DNA of 64,000 nt from Patescibacteria group bacterium (GTDB taxonomy: Bacteria; Patescibacteriota; Microgenomatia; Levybacterales; UBA12049). The stretch lies in contig JBBTVD010000006.1 in NCBI GenBank assembly GCA_038063415.1, positions 73,948 through 137,947 on the forward strand, in the 5' to 3' direction. Below, piece after piece: positions 27,149 through 34,126 of the stretch. The first letter of the stretch is position 1. Every line of letters begins with the position of its first letter. The notes under the pieces are model-generated. The model was not told the DNA's origin and did not search any database. It saw only the letters and a program-made list of their open reading frames with translations. Made by a program: the position numbers and the translations under genes.

Positions 27149-29530
27149 TTATACCTTGTATCTCTTCAATAATAAAGAATTAGTTACGACAGAAATAGAA
27201 CTGCTTGCCATAGCAATTGATGCAAAAATCGGATTCAACAAAATGCCAAAAAATGGATACAGCAGCCCCATCGCTACTGGAATTAAAATGATATTGTACC
27301 CAAAAGCCCAGAATAAATTGAGTCGTATCGTCCGCATTGTTTTTTTAGAAAGGGTGATTGCTTTGGCGACACTACGTAAGTCTTTATTGATAAGCGTTAT
27401 AGCAGCAGCTTCAATAGCAACATCAGTCCCTTTCCCCATGGCAATACCAATATCAGCTACGGCAAGTGCTGGCGCGTCATTGATGCCATCACCAACAAAA
27501 GCCACCAGCCCCTTGTCATTCCCGCGCAGGCGGGAATCTACTGTCATTAATTTTTTAACGATTTTCTCCTTTTCTTGTGGCAATACATCTGCATAGACCT
27601 GTGTAATCCCAACCTGTTTTGCAATTGCATCTGCCGTACGTTTATTGTCGCCTGTAACCATCGAGACCGCTATGCCCATCTGTTGTAATGCAGCAACACC
27701 AGCTTTTGCTGACTCTTTAACCGTATCAGCAACAGCAATCACACCGAGGATTCCTGGATCCCCACCTCCGCGGGAATGAAGAGAGGAGGCGAGCATCATG
27801 ACTGTCTTTCCTTCCGATTCGAGTCTCTGAATTTGTTGATCAACTGTCATTCTGGCTCGTCCAGAATCAGATCCTGGATGCGCTTCTCCTCCAGCTGGCG
27901 GAGCGTTTACCAGGATGACGTCAAGTGATATTTTCTCCATCTCCATCAATCGTCTATTCCCCAACAGTACTCGTTGTTTCTGAATTATTCCTGAGACACC
28001 CTTTCCTGCAATAGCTTCAAACCCCTCGACTTTTTCCAGAGAGATTTTCTCCTCCTCAGCTTTCTTCACAATCGCATCTGCCAATGCATGTTCTGACCCT
28101 TTTTCAAGAGATGCAGCAAGCCGTAGCATGTCATCCTGAACTTGTTTCAGGATCTTTTCTTTATGGATTCCCGCCTCCGCGGGAATGACAAAAGGGATAA
28201 TATCCGTCACCTCAGGCTTTCCATTCGTGAGAGTTCCCGTCTTATCAAAAACAACTGTTGTAATGTTATTTGCCAATTCCAGACTTTGCGCATCTTTGAT
28301 AAGAATCCCAAGCTCTGCACCTTTGCCAGTACCGACCATAATAGCTGTCGGTGTCGCAAGGCCCATCGCGCAAGGACAAGCAATGATAAGGACAGCAACC
28401 GTATTGAGCATGGCATAGAGGAAAGCAGGCTGCGGACCAAAAAGATACCAGATACCAAAGGTAGCAAATGCAAGCATAACCACGATGGGAACAAAATAAG
28501 AAGAAACGGTATCTGCCAGACGTTGAATTGGAGCCTTACTCCCCTGAGCCTCCTGAACAAGTTTAATAATTTGAGAAAGCACTGTCTCTGATCCTACTTT
28601 GGTTGCTGTATAGAGAAATGTTCCGTGTTTATTAAACGTCGCTCCGACAATCACATCACCTTTTTGTTTCTCAACAGGAATACTTTCTCCCGTAATCATT
28701 GATTCGTCAATCGAAGAGGTTCCTTCAAGAATCTCTCCATCAACGGGAATCTTCTCTCCTGGACGAACACGGAGTACATCCCCAACCTGTACCTGTTCAA
28801 TAGGGATATCAATCTCCTTACCATCTCGAAGTACCCTTGCTGTCTTTGCCTGTAATCCAATAAGCTTGGTAATCGCTTGAGAAGTTCCTGCTTTTGCCTT
28901 TGCCTCAATATATCTCCCAAGTAAAATAAGACCGATCACAATCGTCGCCACATCAAAATAGGGCATAATCTCAACACCTAATCCCATAAAAATCGTTGGG
29001 AAAAACGTAACAAAAGCAGAATACCCATAGGCAACGGTAGTACCCAATGCGACAAGGGTGTCCATATTGGATGTACGGTGTTTAAATGCGGAAAAAGCTG
29101 TTTGGTAAAATGCTGCTCCCGCCCAGAATTGTACGGGTGTTGCAAGAAGTAGCTGTAGCCAGAAATTTTGTAGAAATGCTGGAGCCGTCGTCATAAGTCC
29201 AGGGAAGCTCCCCCAAAGAATGAGACCCCCCAACACCAAACTCACAATAACTTTCGTTCGCAGCATGGCTAGTTCATTTTGCTTTTCTTTTGCTTGCATA
29301 TCCTCACTTTTTTCGGCAATCTCCATTGTATAGCCTGTTTTGGCAATGGCATCCGCAAGCTGTTCTGGAGTACAGGTATCGGTATTATACGTAATGGTTG
29401 CTTTTTCCGTCGCCAGATTAACGACCGCATCAGTTACACCTGGTGTCTTTTTCAATGCACGCTCAGTCACACGAATACACGAGGCACAATGCAGACCTTT
29501 GATTGGAAATGATTTTTTAACGTTAGTCAT
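27149..29530 (-). CDS. copA: Copper-translocating P1B-type ATPase carrying four in-frame hairpin-repeat insertions
   Basis: N-terminal HMA domain (GLHCASC), CPC (ACPCAMGL), DKTGTLT and [12 protein letters not shown] motifs are all present. The ORF is intact at 793 aa. The extra peptides [59 protein letters not shown] and [11 protein letters not shown] coincide with the repeat elements. Confidence 0.9.
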   Translation of the reverse strand: MTNVKKSFPIKGLHCASCIRVTERALKKTPGVTDAVVNLATEKATITYNTDTCTPEQLADAIAKTGYTMEIAEKSEDMQAKEKQNELAMLRTKVIVSLVLGGLILWGSFPGLMTTAPAFLQNFWLQLLLATPVQFWAGAAFYQTAFSAFKHRTSNMDTLVALGTTVAYGYSAFVTFFPTIFMGLGVEIMPYFDVATIVIGLILLGRYIEAKAKAGTSQAITKLIGLQAKTARVLRDGKEIDIPIEQVQVGDVLRVRPGEKIPVDGEILEGTSSIDESMITGESIPVEKQKGDVIVGATFNKHGTFLYTATKVGSETVLSQIIKLVQEAQGSKAPIQRLADTVSSYFVPIVVMLAFATFGIWYLFGPQPAFLYAMLNTVAVLIIACPCAMGLATPTAIMVGTGKGAELGILIKDAQSLELANNITTVVFDKTGTLTNGKPEVTDIIPFVIPAEAGIHKEKILKQVQDDMLRLAASLEKGSEHALADAIVKKAEEEKISLEKVEGFEAIAGKGVSGIIQKQRVLLGNRRLMEMEKISLDVILVNAPPAGGEAHPGSDSGRARMTVDQQIQRLESEGKTVMMLASSLHSRGGGDPGILGVIAVADTVKESAKAGVAALQQMGIAVSMVTGDNKRTADAIAKQVGITQVYADVLPQEKEKIVKKLMTVDSRLRGNDKGLVAFVGDGINDAPALAVADIGIAMGKGTDVAIEAAAITLINKDLRSVAKAITLSKKTMRTIRLNLFWAFGYNIILIPVAMGLLYPFFGILLNPIFASIAMASSSISVVTNSLLLKRYKV
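27515..27539. repeat. GTCAT-hairpin repeat unit inside copA (gtcattcccgc-gcag-gcgggaatc)
   Basis: 7-bp stem with a 4-nt loop. In the copA frame it is translated as [11 protein letters not shown]. Confidence 0.7.
27748..27785. repeat. Degenerate GTCAT-hairpin repeat unit inside copA (...ccacctccgcgggaatga)
   Basis: It shares the ctccgcgggaatga arm with the unit at 28166-28189. In the copA frame it is translated as [12 protein letters not shown]. Confidence 0.5.
27846..27919. repeat. Composite GTCAT-hairpin element inside copA (gtcattctggctcgtccagaatc + gatcctgg...ccaggatgac)
   Basis: The first unit is identical to 38265-38287. In the copA frame the whole element is translated as [28 protein letters not shown]. 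Confidence 0.7.
28130..28189. repeat. Two GTCAT-hairpin units inside copA (gtcatcctgaacttgtttcaggatc ... gattcccgcctccgcgggaatgac)
   Basis: The first unit differs by 1 nt from 38226-38250. In the copA frame the pair is translated as [19 protein letters not shown]. Confidence 0.7.
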
Positions 29531-29928
29531 ATTTTATTAACCTTTCTCCAACTCTTTATGAGTTCTTTCCAGTAGAAAACCCCAATAATTTCAAAGACAA
29601 TATTTGTTATAACTCCAGGATAATAGTTAAACGTTCTTATGGCATCAATCAAATGATGTAACTCGAAAATAAAGAAAATACCATACAGTGTTAATACCCT
29701 CAATGTCCATTTCCCGCCTAAGACAAGAAGAGCGACTGGTCCAATCATCAGAATCCATATTATGTGTGAAGAATAATATGTTGCTTGAGGGATTGTCTGA
29801 AACAAACTACTAAAATATAACATGATCCAATCATTATGGTAAAAACCAGAAATAATTTCTTCAAAGAAATGTAAATACACAACAATTATTGAAAAAATGA
29901 AAAGCCTTTTTAATTTTTTTGATAGCAT
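29527..29928 (-). CDS. HXXEE-motif small membrane protein
   Basis: The ATG at 29928 is preferred over the TTG at 29940. The protein has four TM helices and the motif YLHFFEEI. It overlaps the copA start by 4 nt. Confidence 0.4.
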   Translation of the reverse strand: MLSKKLKRLFIFSIIVVYLHFFEEIISGFYHNDWIMLYFSSLFQTIPQATYYSSHIIWILMIGPVALLVLGGKWTLRVLTLYGIFFIFELHHLIDAIRTFNYYPGVITNIVFEIIGVFYWKELIKSWRKVNKI

Positions 29929-29929
29929 A

Positions 29930-30295
29930 TTATTGAACAATTATCTTTCCATGAAACATATTCATGCCACAGGAAATTTCGTATGTACCCTCTTTTTCAG
30001 GCGTAACAGAGATTGCTATTGTCTTATGCAGAGGGAGATATTTTCGTATCTTAAAATCTGGCAGAACTACTTCTTCGAGGCACGAGCTTGGATCACGACG
30101 GATGAAGTTGAGGGTTGTCTGTTTCCCTTTTGGAATTGAAATGACATTGGGAGAATAACCTCCTTCAACGACAATATCGACACGCTTTGTTTTTACGACT
30201 ATCGCTGCTTCTTCTTTTTTCATCAAGAAGAACCAATAGGTAAAGACAATACCAGTGATACTAAATAGAGCGACGAATAATGTATCAAGTTGCAT
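29930..30295 (-). CDS. Membrane-anchored cupredoxin-like (Cupredoxin_1-type) protein
   Basis: 121 aa with an N-terminal TM helix and a beta-sandwich ending in EISCGMNMFHGKIIVQ. It is paralogous to the C-terminal domain of 26100-27134. Confidence 0.5.
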   Translation of the reverse strand: MQLDTLFVALFSITGIVFTYWFFLMKKEEAAIVVKTKRVDIVVEGGYSPNVISIPKGKQTTLNFIRRDPSSCLEEVVLPDFKIRKYLPLHKTIAISVTPEKEGTYEISCGMNMFHGKIIVQ

Positions 30296-30332
30296 AAATA
30301 AGTTATCTCCTAAAATTAATTTTTAAAACATT

Positions 30333-30408
30333 GTCATTCCTGCGAAAGCAGGAATCCAGCTTGTTAAACTCTTTTTATTAGCTAGATCCCCGCATTCGCG
30401 AGGATGAC
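30333..30408. repeat. Two GTCAT-hairpin units in the DUF305/cupredoxin intergenic gap
   Basis: gtcattcctgcgaaagcaggaatc lies at 30333-30356 and gatccccgcattcgcgaggatgac at 30386-30408. Confidence 0.65.
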
Positions 30409-30426
30409 AAAAATACATAACAAGTG

Positions 30427-31023
30427 TTACCAGCTCAGGAGCCAGTCACGCATCTGATTAATCTCAGTCGTCTGTGCTGCGATAATATCATCTGCGAGCT
30501 TACTCATTTCTGGTCTCTCTGTCCCGCTTTTGAGCATATTTGCCATCATCACTGCCATCTGATGATGTGGGATCATCTCCTCGACAAAAACTTTGTCAAA
30601 ATCCTCCGCTTCTTCGAGACGATGAAAATCTGTTTCATCACCCATCATACCCATATGCATTGCGGGCGCGCCCATCATACCGTGGCCAGACATCACTTCT
30701 TGCCCTTGCGGGACATCTTTACCAAACCAGTCATTATACCACTGCTTCATTTGGGTAATCTCGTTACTTTGTGAATCAATGATATTTTGAGCAAGCTGCT
30801 TAACCTCTTCTCGTTGTGCCTTTTGCAACGCAAGCTTTGCCATCGTGATTGCATCTTCGTGGTGTGGAATCATTTGTTCGATAAAATGTGCATCAATCGT
30901 ATCTGAACGAGCCATCGTAGCTTGATTTCCGTAACCAATACCCATCATCTGCATCATCCCCAGCCAAACAAGCCCACCACCAGTCAAGAGTCCGATTAAG
31001 CCATACTTTATTTCTTTTTTCAT
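30427..31023 (-). CDS. DUF305 family protein (periplasmic, copper-related) with a Met/His-rich segment
   Basis: The ATG at 31023 (MKKEIKYGLIGLL, signal/TM) is preferred over the overlapping longer ORF, and is preceded by a GGGGGTGAG RBS. Two MIPHH repeats (FIEQMIPHHEDAITMA, FVEEMIPHHQMAVMMA) are present, together with the Met-rich stretch MSGHGMMGAPAMHMGMMG. Confidence 0.6.
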   Translation of the reverse strand: MKKEIKYGLIGLLTGGGLVWLGMMQMMGIGYGNQATMARSDTIDAHFIEQMIPHHEDAITMAKLALQKAQREEVKQLAQNIIDSQSNEITQMKQWYNDWFGKDVPQGQEVMSGHGMMGAPAMHMGMMGDETDFHRLEEAEDFDKVFVEEMIPHHQMAVMMANMLKSGTERPEMSKLADDIIAAQTTEINQMRDWLLSW

Positions 31024-31027
31024 ATTC

Positions 31028-31300
31028 TCACCCCCTTTTCTTAAAAACCTGCATAATTTCCGTAATCGATTCATCAGCTTTTCCTTTTGTAATCGATTCA
31101 GCGACACACCCTTTGAGATGGTTTTCAAGAAGGACATTCCCTGTTTCCTTGAGTCCACTTTCAACTGCTTGCATTTGATGGAGAACATCGATACAGTATG
31201 CATCAGCTTCAACCATAGAGATCACTTTATCTAAATGTCCCCGGGCAATTTTGAGTCGATGGAGTATCCTCTCTTGTGTATTTTTTGGTCTATATGTCAT
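31028..31300 (-). CDS. csoR: CsoR/RcnR family metal-sensing transcriptional repressor
   Basis: 90 aa with the motifs RLKIARGHLDKVISMVE, YCIDVLHQ and HLKGCV matching the Cys-His-Cys Cu(I) ligand pattern of CsoR. Confidence 0.7.
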   Translation of the reverse strand: MTYRPKNTQERILHRLKIARGHLDKVISMVEADAYCIDVLHQMQAVESGLKETGNVLLENHLKGCVAESITKGKADESITEIMQVFKKRG

Positions 31301-31346
31301 ATCCCCCCTATAGGGATATTATGGAACTAGTCACAGAAGTTGTCAA
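31299..31346 (-). promoter_or_regulatory. csoR-operon promoter (TTGACA-N17-CATAAT) with a candidate CsoR operator palindrome ATATCCC-N7-GGGATAT immediately downstream
   Basis: On the minus strand, the -35 element lies at 31341-31346 and the -10 at 31318-31323. A perfect 7-bp inverted repeat lies at 31299-31319 and spans the RBS and start codon of csoR. CsoR operators are GC-cored pseudo-palindromes. Confidence 0.45.
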
Positions 31347-31358
31347 CTGGGGAAATTG

Positions 31359-32213
31359 TTACCGGATAAAATAAGTAACGATATCTAAAAAAGCATCCTC
31401 ATCCACACTTTTTCCAATAAAATACTTCCCTTCACCTTTTGTCTTTGCTCGTGATTGCAACTCGGGGCTTATATTACCAACCGTCCCGACATACTGACAA
31501 TGTTGCATAAAATGCCAATCACCGAGCGTGTCTCCTATACCCAATGTCTCTGAAAAGTCTATGCCTAGATGCGTAAGAACATCAGCTACTGCTTGTCCTT
31601 TTGAGGCACCTTTCTTGGTGATAACAGCTGACTCAAAAGGAGACATCGCAGGATGACCGCTCCACATATAATTGATATCTTCTTTGAATTCTTCTAAGAC
31701 AGCTTCTATCTTTTTCTTATCCGTATCATTATCAAATAATGCCACTATCTTTATAAGATCAAAATCGATAACATGTTCGGAGAGAGAAGTAACAGCGATA
31801 TGCTCTTTCTGTAAAATGGCAACTCTTTTTTCTGTCAACAAATCTCGTTGATTACTTTGAATAAAATAGTCATCGATTCCGTAACATTCGAGATAGATAT
31901 TTTTTCTGACAAGTTGCTTAATTAGTTGTGTGGCAAGGTCCCTTGCTAAAAGATGTTTCTTGCTAAAATTATTATTTTTAGGATTAAAAATAACTGCTCC
32001 ACCGTCACTAATATGAGGATTAGAGAGTCCTGTTTTTTTTATAATTTCTTGGATTGAGAAGCCAAACTTGCCGGTACAAAGGATGACGAGCATCCCTTTT
32101 TTGTTTAGATCAGAAAGGCGCCGTAAGACTTTTTCATTGGGAATGGGGAAATTAATACCAAGCTTATCACCAACTAGTACACCATCAACATCAGTAACAA
32201 TTGCTTTGATCAT
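31359..32213 (-). CDS. HAD-IIB (Cof-type) phosphatase
   Basis: Motif I is VTDVDGVL. C-terminal GIGDTLGDWHFM is motif IV. Its start overlaps the stop of the upstream gene (ATGA). Confidence 0.7.
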   Translation of the reverse strand: MIKAIVTDVDGVLVGDKLGINFPIPNEKVLRRLSDLNKKGMLVILCTGKFGFSIQEIIKKTGLSNPHISDGGAVIFNPKNNNFSKKHLLARDLATQLIKQLVRKNIYLECYGIDDYFIQSNQRDLLTEKRVAILQKEHIAVTSLSEHVIDFDLIKIVALFDNDTDKKKIEAVLEEFKEDINYMWSGHPAMSPFESAVITKKGASKGQAVADVLTHLGIDFSETLGIGDTLGDWHFMQHCQYVGTVGNISPELQSRAKTKGEGKYFIGKSVDEDAFLDIVTYFIR

Positions 32214-34117
32214 ATATTTCGATAGACCTCTCTTCTTCTTTTGATATCCACAATTTCAAAGCTTCGTTGACCTGAGGTTGATTCTCCTTCTGTAAGTAAA
32301 ACTCTTACTCCTTTTGCCCCTATATTGATCCTATACGAATATCGCTTCCTTCCATCTGACCCTATCCCCAACATTTTTAGCCTTCCTACTCCTCGTTTAT
32401 TATACTCATTTATTCTTGTTATAACTTTTTCCTGATCACCAGCTGTTAGACCTTTCATAACTTCTCCCATTTCCGCCTGTTCTTTCAGGACAATTATGTT
32501 TCTTGCCTTTCCAGTTTCTAAACTTACCGTTTCTGCGACTACCGAAAGCGCATCTCCACTTTGCCTATGACGTCGTTTGGTACTTGCTACGAGAGTGGTA
32601 GTTCCCGAGTCAGGGGGTATTTTAGGTTGCGGTACTTGATTACCCTTGGGAGGCTCTACTTTTCTTACTACTGTTGCTTTCCTTCTTTCCCATTCGTCCT
32701 TCGTTGTTTTTTCTACCTCTTGCAAAGCTGCCATAACAACCCGTTTTGCTGCCGATGAAAATTGCTGCATTTTATCTGATTCAGGATCTTCGAGATAGTT
32801 CCATTCAAATTCTTGTCTTTTTGCATCCACTCCCAACCAAAGGCTTGTACCTTCATTTTCTGCCTCATACGTTATATCAACCACAAATTCCATTGGCTTA
32901 CCAGGACTAAAGGTAAGGGTTACTGATTGAGGAGGTACAAACTCTGTCCATGAGAGAGCATCAATGTCAATATCGTACACATCCTTATCTCTTGGCTTTT
33001 TTCCAATAATTTTTGCAACAGATACTCTGTAGTCATTAAATGAAGGTGTGTCAGCGATAGCATCCCCCTCCCTTTCTATAAATATCTCCTCTATCTCATC
33101 TGCCGTACGTAACTGGGTAAAAGCAGAGAGGATATCGACATATCCTTCTACCATTCCTGCAAATTTTCGATAAAAATCGCCATGCTCAGGGAGATCTCTT
33201 TGCTCCATGGCTTTTCTAAAAAGATCTTGTAAACCTTCTGCTCTATTGTTGCTAAAAAGGTGAATTAAAAAAGACTGTATTTCAGGGGATGCACCAAAAT
33301 ATTCTTGTATTTTTTCTTTTAGAGCAGTAAATTCTTTTGCGCTAGGATCGATAATAGTCATAGCAAGACCATCTCGGAATTCGTGTGTTTTCTCAAGAAG
33401 TGTTTCAGTTACTGGAGCTGTTAACGGGAATCTTCTTTTTATGTCTCTATATTCTGGCATATCTCTATTATTAGAAAGGTTTATAACTCCAGTCAAAATA
33501 TTTCCTGTTTGGCCAGCAGCCTCTAAGACGATATTTGGGAATTCGCGAGCCAATTCTGAGGGATTTTCTTCCAAGAGAGTACGTTGAAACTGTTCCCCCG
33601 GAAAAAGCTTTAAAGCCATAAAAAAACTGAGCTGAGCTGCCAAAGGAAGTTTGTTTCGTTTCGTCTGTTCTGCTATCTTTCGTAAAGAAACCCCATGCGA
33701 TGCTAAATCAACTGGTAAGATTGAGGAAAAAGCCTCTAATGCTGCAAGTTCACTTGCGTCTTTTCCTCTCCTTTGCAAAGCGGTAAAAAAACGAGAAAGA
33801 GAGTCTCCTATTTTAATCATTGCACCTGCCCTGTGTACGACTTGAGCTCCAAACATTGCATTGGTCACTTCTGCAGAGGTACTTGCATCTTTCTTTAGAC
33901 CAAGAAGCTCCTCTAACGAGGCTTTCCAACTCAGATATAGCTGATTTATTGCGGGCTCAGACAAATAGCTGCTAATACTGTTTGTCAGAGCTCTTTTTCT
34001 ATCCACCAGACTTTTGTCTTCCCACGATAGAGCCCTTTGATCGAAATTAACAGAATGTTCCTGCTTCTTTCTCATTAGAGTATCAGGAGTAACAAAAGCT
34101 GGACCTTCAGTTGTCAT
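32210..34117 (-). CDS. Large hypothetical cytoplasmic protein with a C-terminal RelE/ParE-fold-like domain
   Basis: 635 aa with no TM helix or signal peptide. The last ~90 aa (VITRINEY...RYSYRINIGAKGVRVLLTEGE...SFEIVDIKRRREVYRNI) match the yelRvgdyRiiY...vhRkdvY pattern of RelE/ParE toxins. It sits between secA (9-nt gap) and the HAD gene (overlap). Confidence 0.5.
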   Translation of the reverse strand: MTTEGPAFVTPDTLMRKKQEHSVNFDQRALSWEDKSLVDRKRALTNSISSYLSEPAINQLYLSWKASLEELLGLKKDASTSAEVTNAMFGAQVVHRAGAMIKIGDSLSRFFTALQRRGKDASELAALEAFSSILPVDLASHGVSLRKIAEQTKRNKLPLAAQLSFFMALKLFPGEQFQRTLLEENPSELAREFPNIVLEAAGQTGNILTGVINLSNNRDMPEYRDIKRRFPLTAPVTETLLEKTHEFRDGLAMTIIDPSAKEFTALKEKIQEYFGASPEIQSFLIHLFSNNRAEGLQDLFRKAMEQRDLPEHGDFYRKFAGMVEGYVDILSAFTQLRTADEIEEIFIEREGDAIADTPSFNDYRVSVAKIIGKKPRDKDVYDIDIDALSWTEFVPPQSVTLTFSPGKPMEFVVDITYEAENEGTSLWLGVDAKRQEFEWNYLEDPESDKMQQFSSAAKRVVMAALQEVEKTTKDEWERRKATVVRKVEPPKGNQVPQPKIPPDSGTTTLVASTKRRHRQSGDALSVVAETVSLETGKARNIIVLKEQAEMGEVMKGLTAGDQEKVITRINEYNKRGVGRLKMLGIGSDGRKRYSYRINIGAKGVRVLLTEGESTSGQRSFEIVDIKRRREVYRNI

Positions 34118-34126
34118 AGGGTACTT

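Noticed and set aside
30427-31212. 261-aa version of the DUF305 ORF overlapping csoR by 185 nt
   Set aside because: The N-terminal 63 codons overlap csoR in another frame. The ATG at 31023, with a strong RBS and signal-peptide-like start, is far more plausible.
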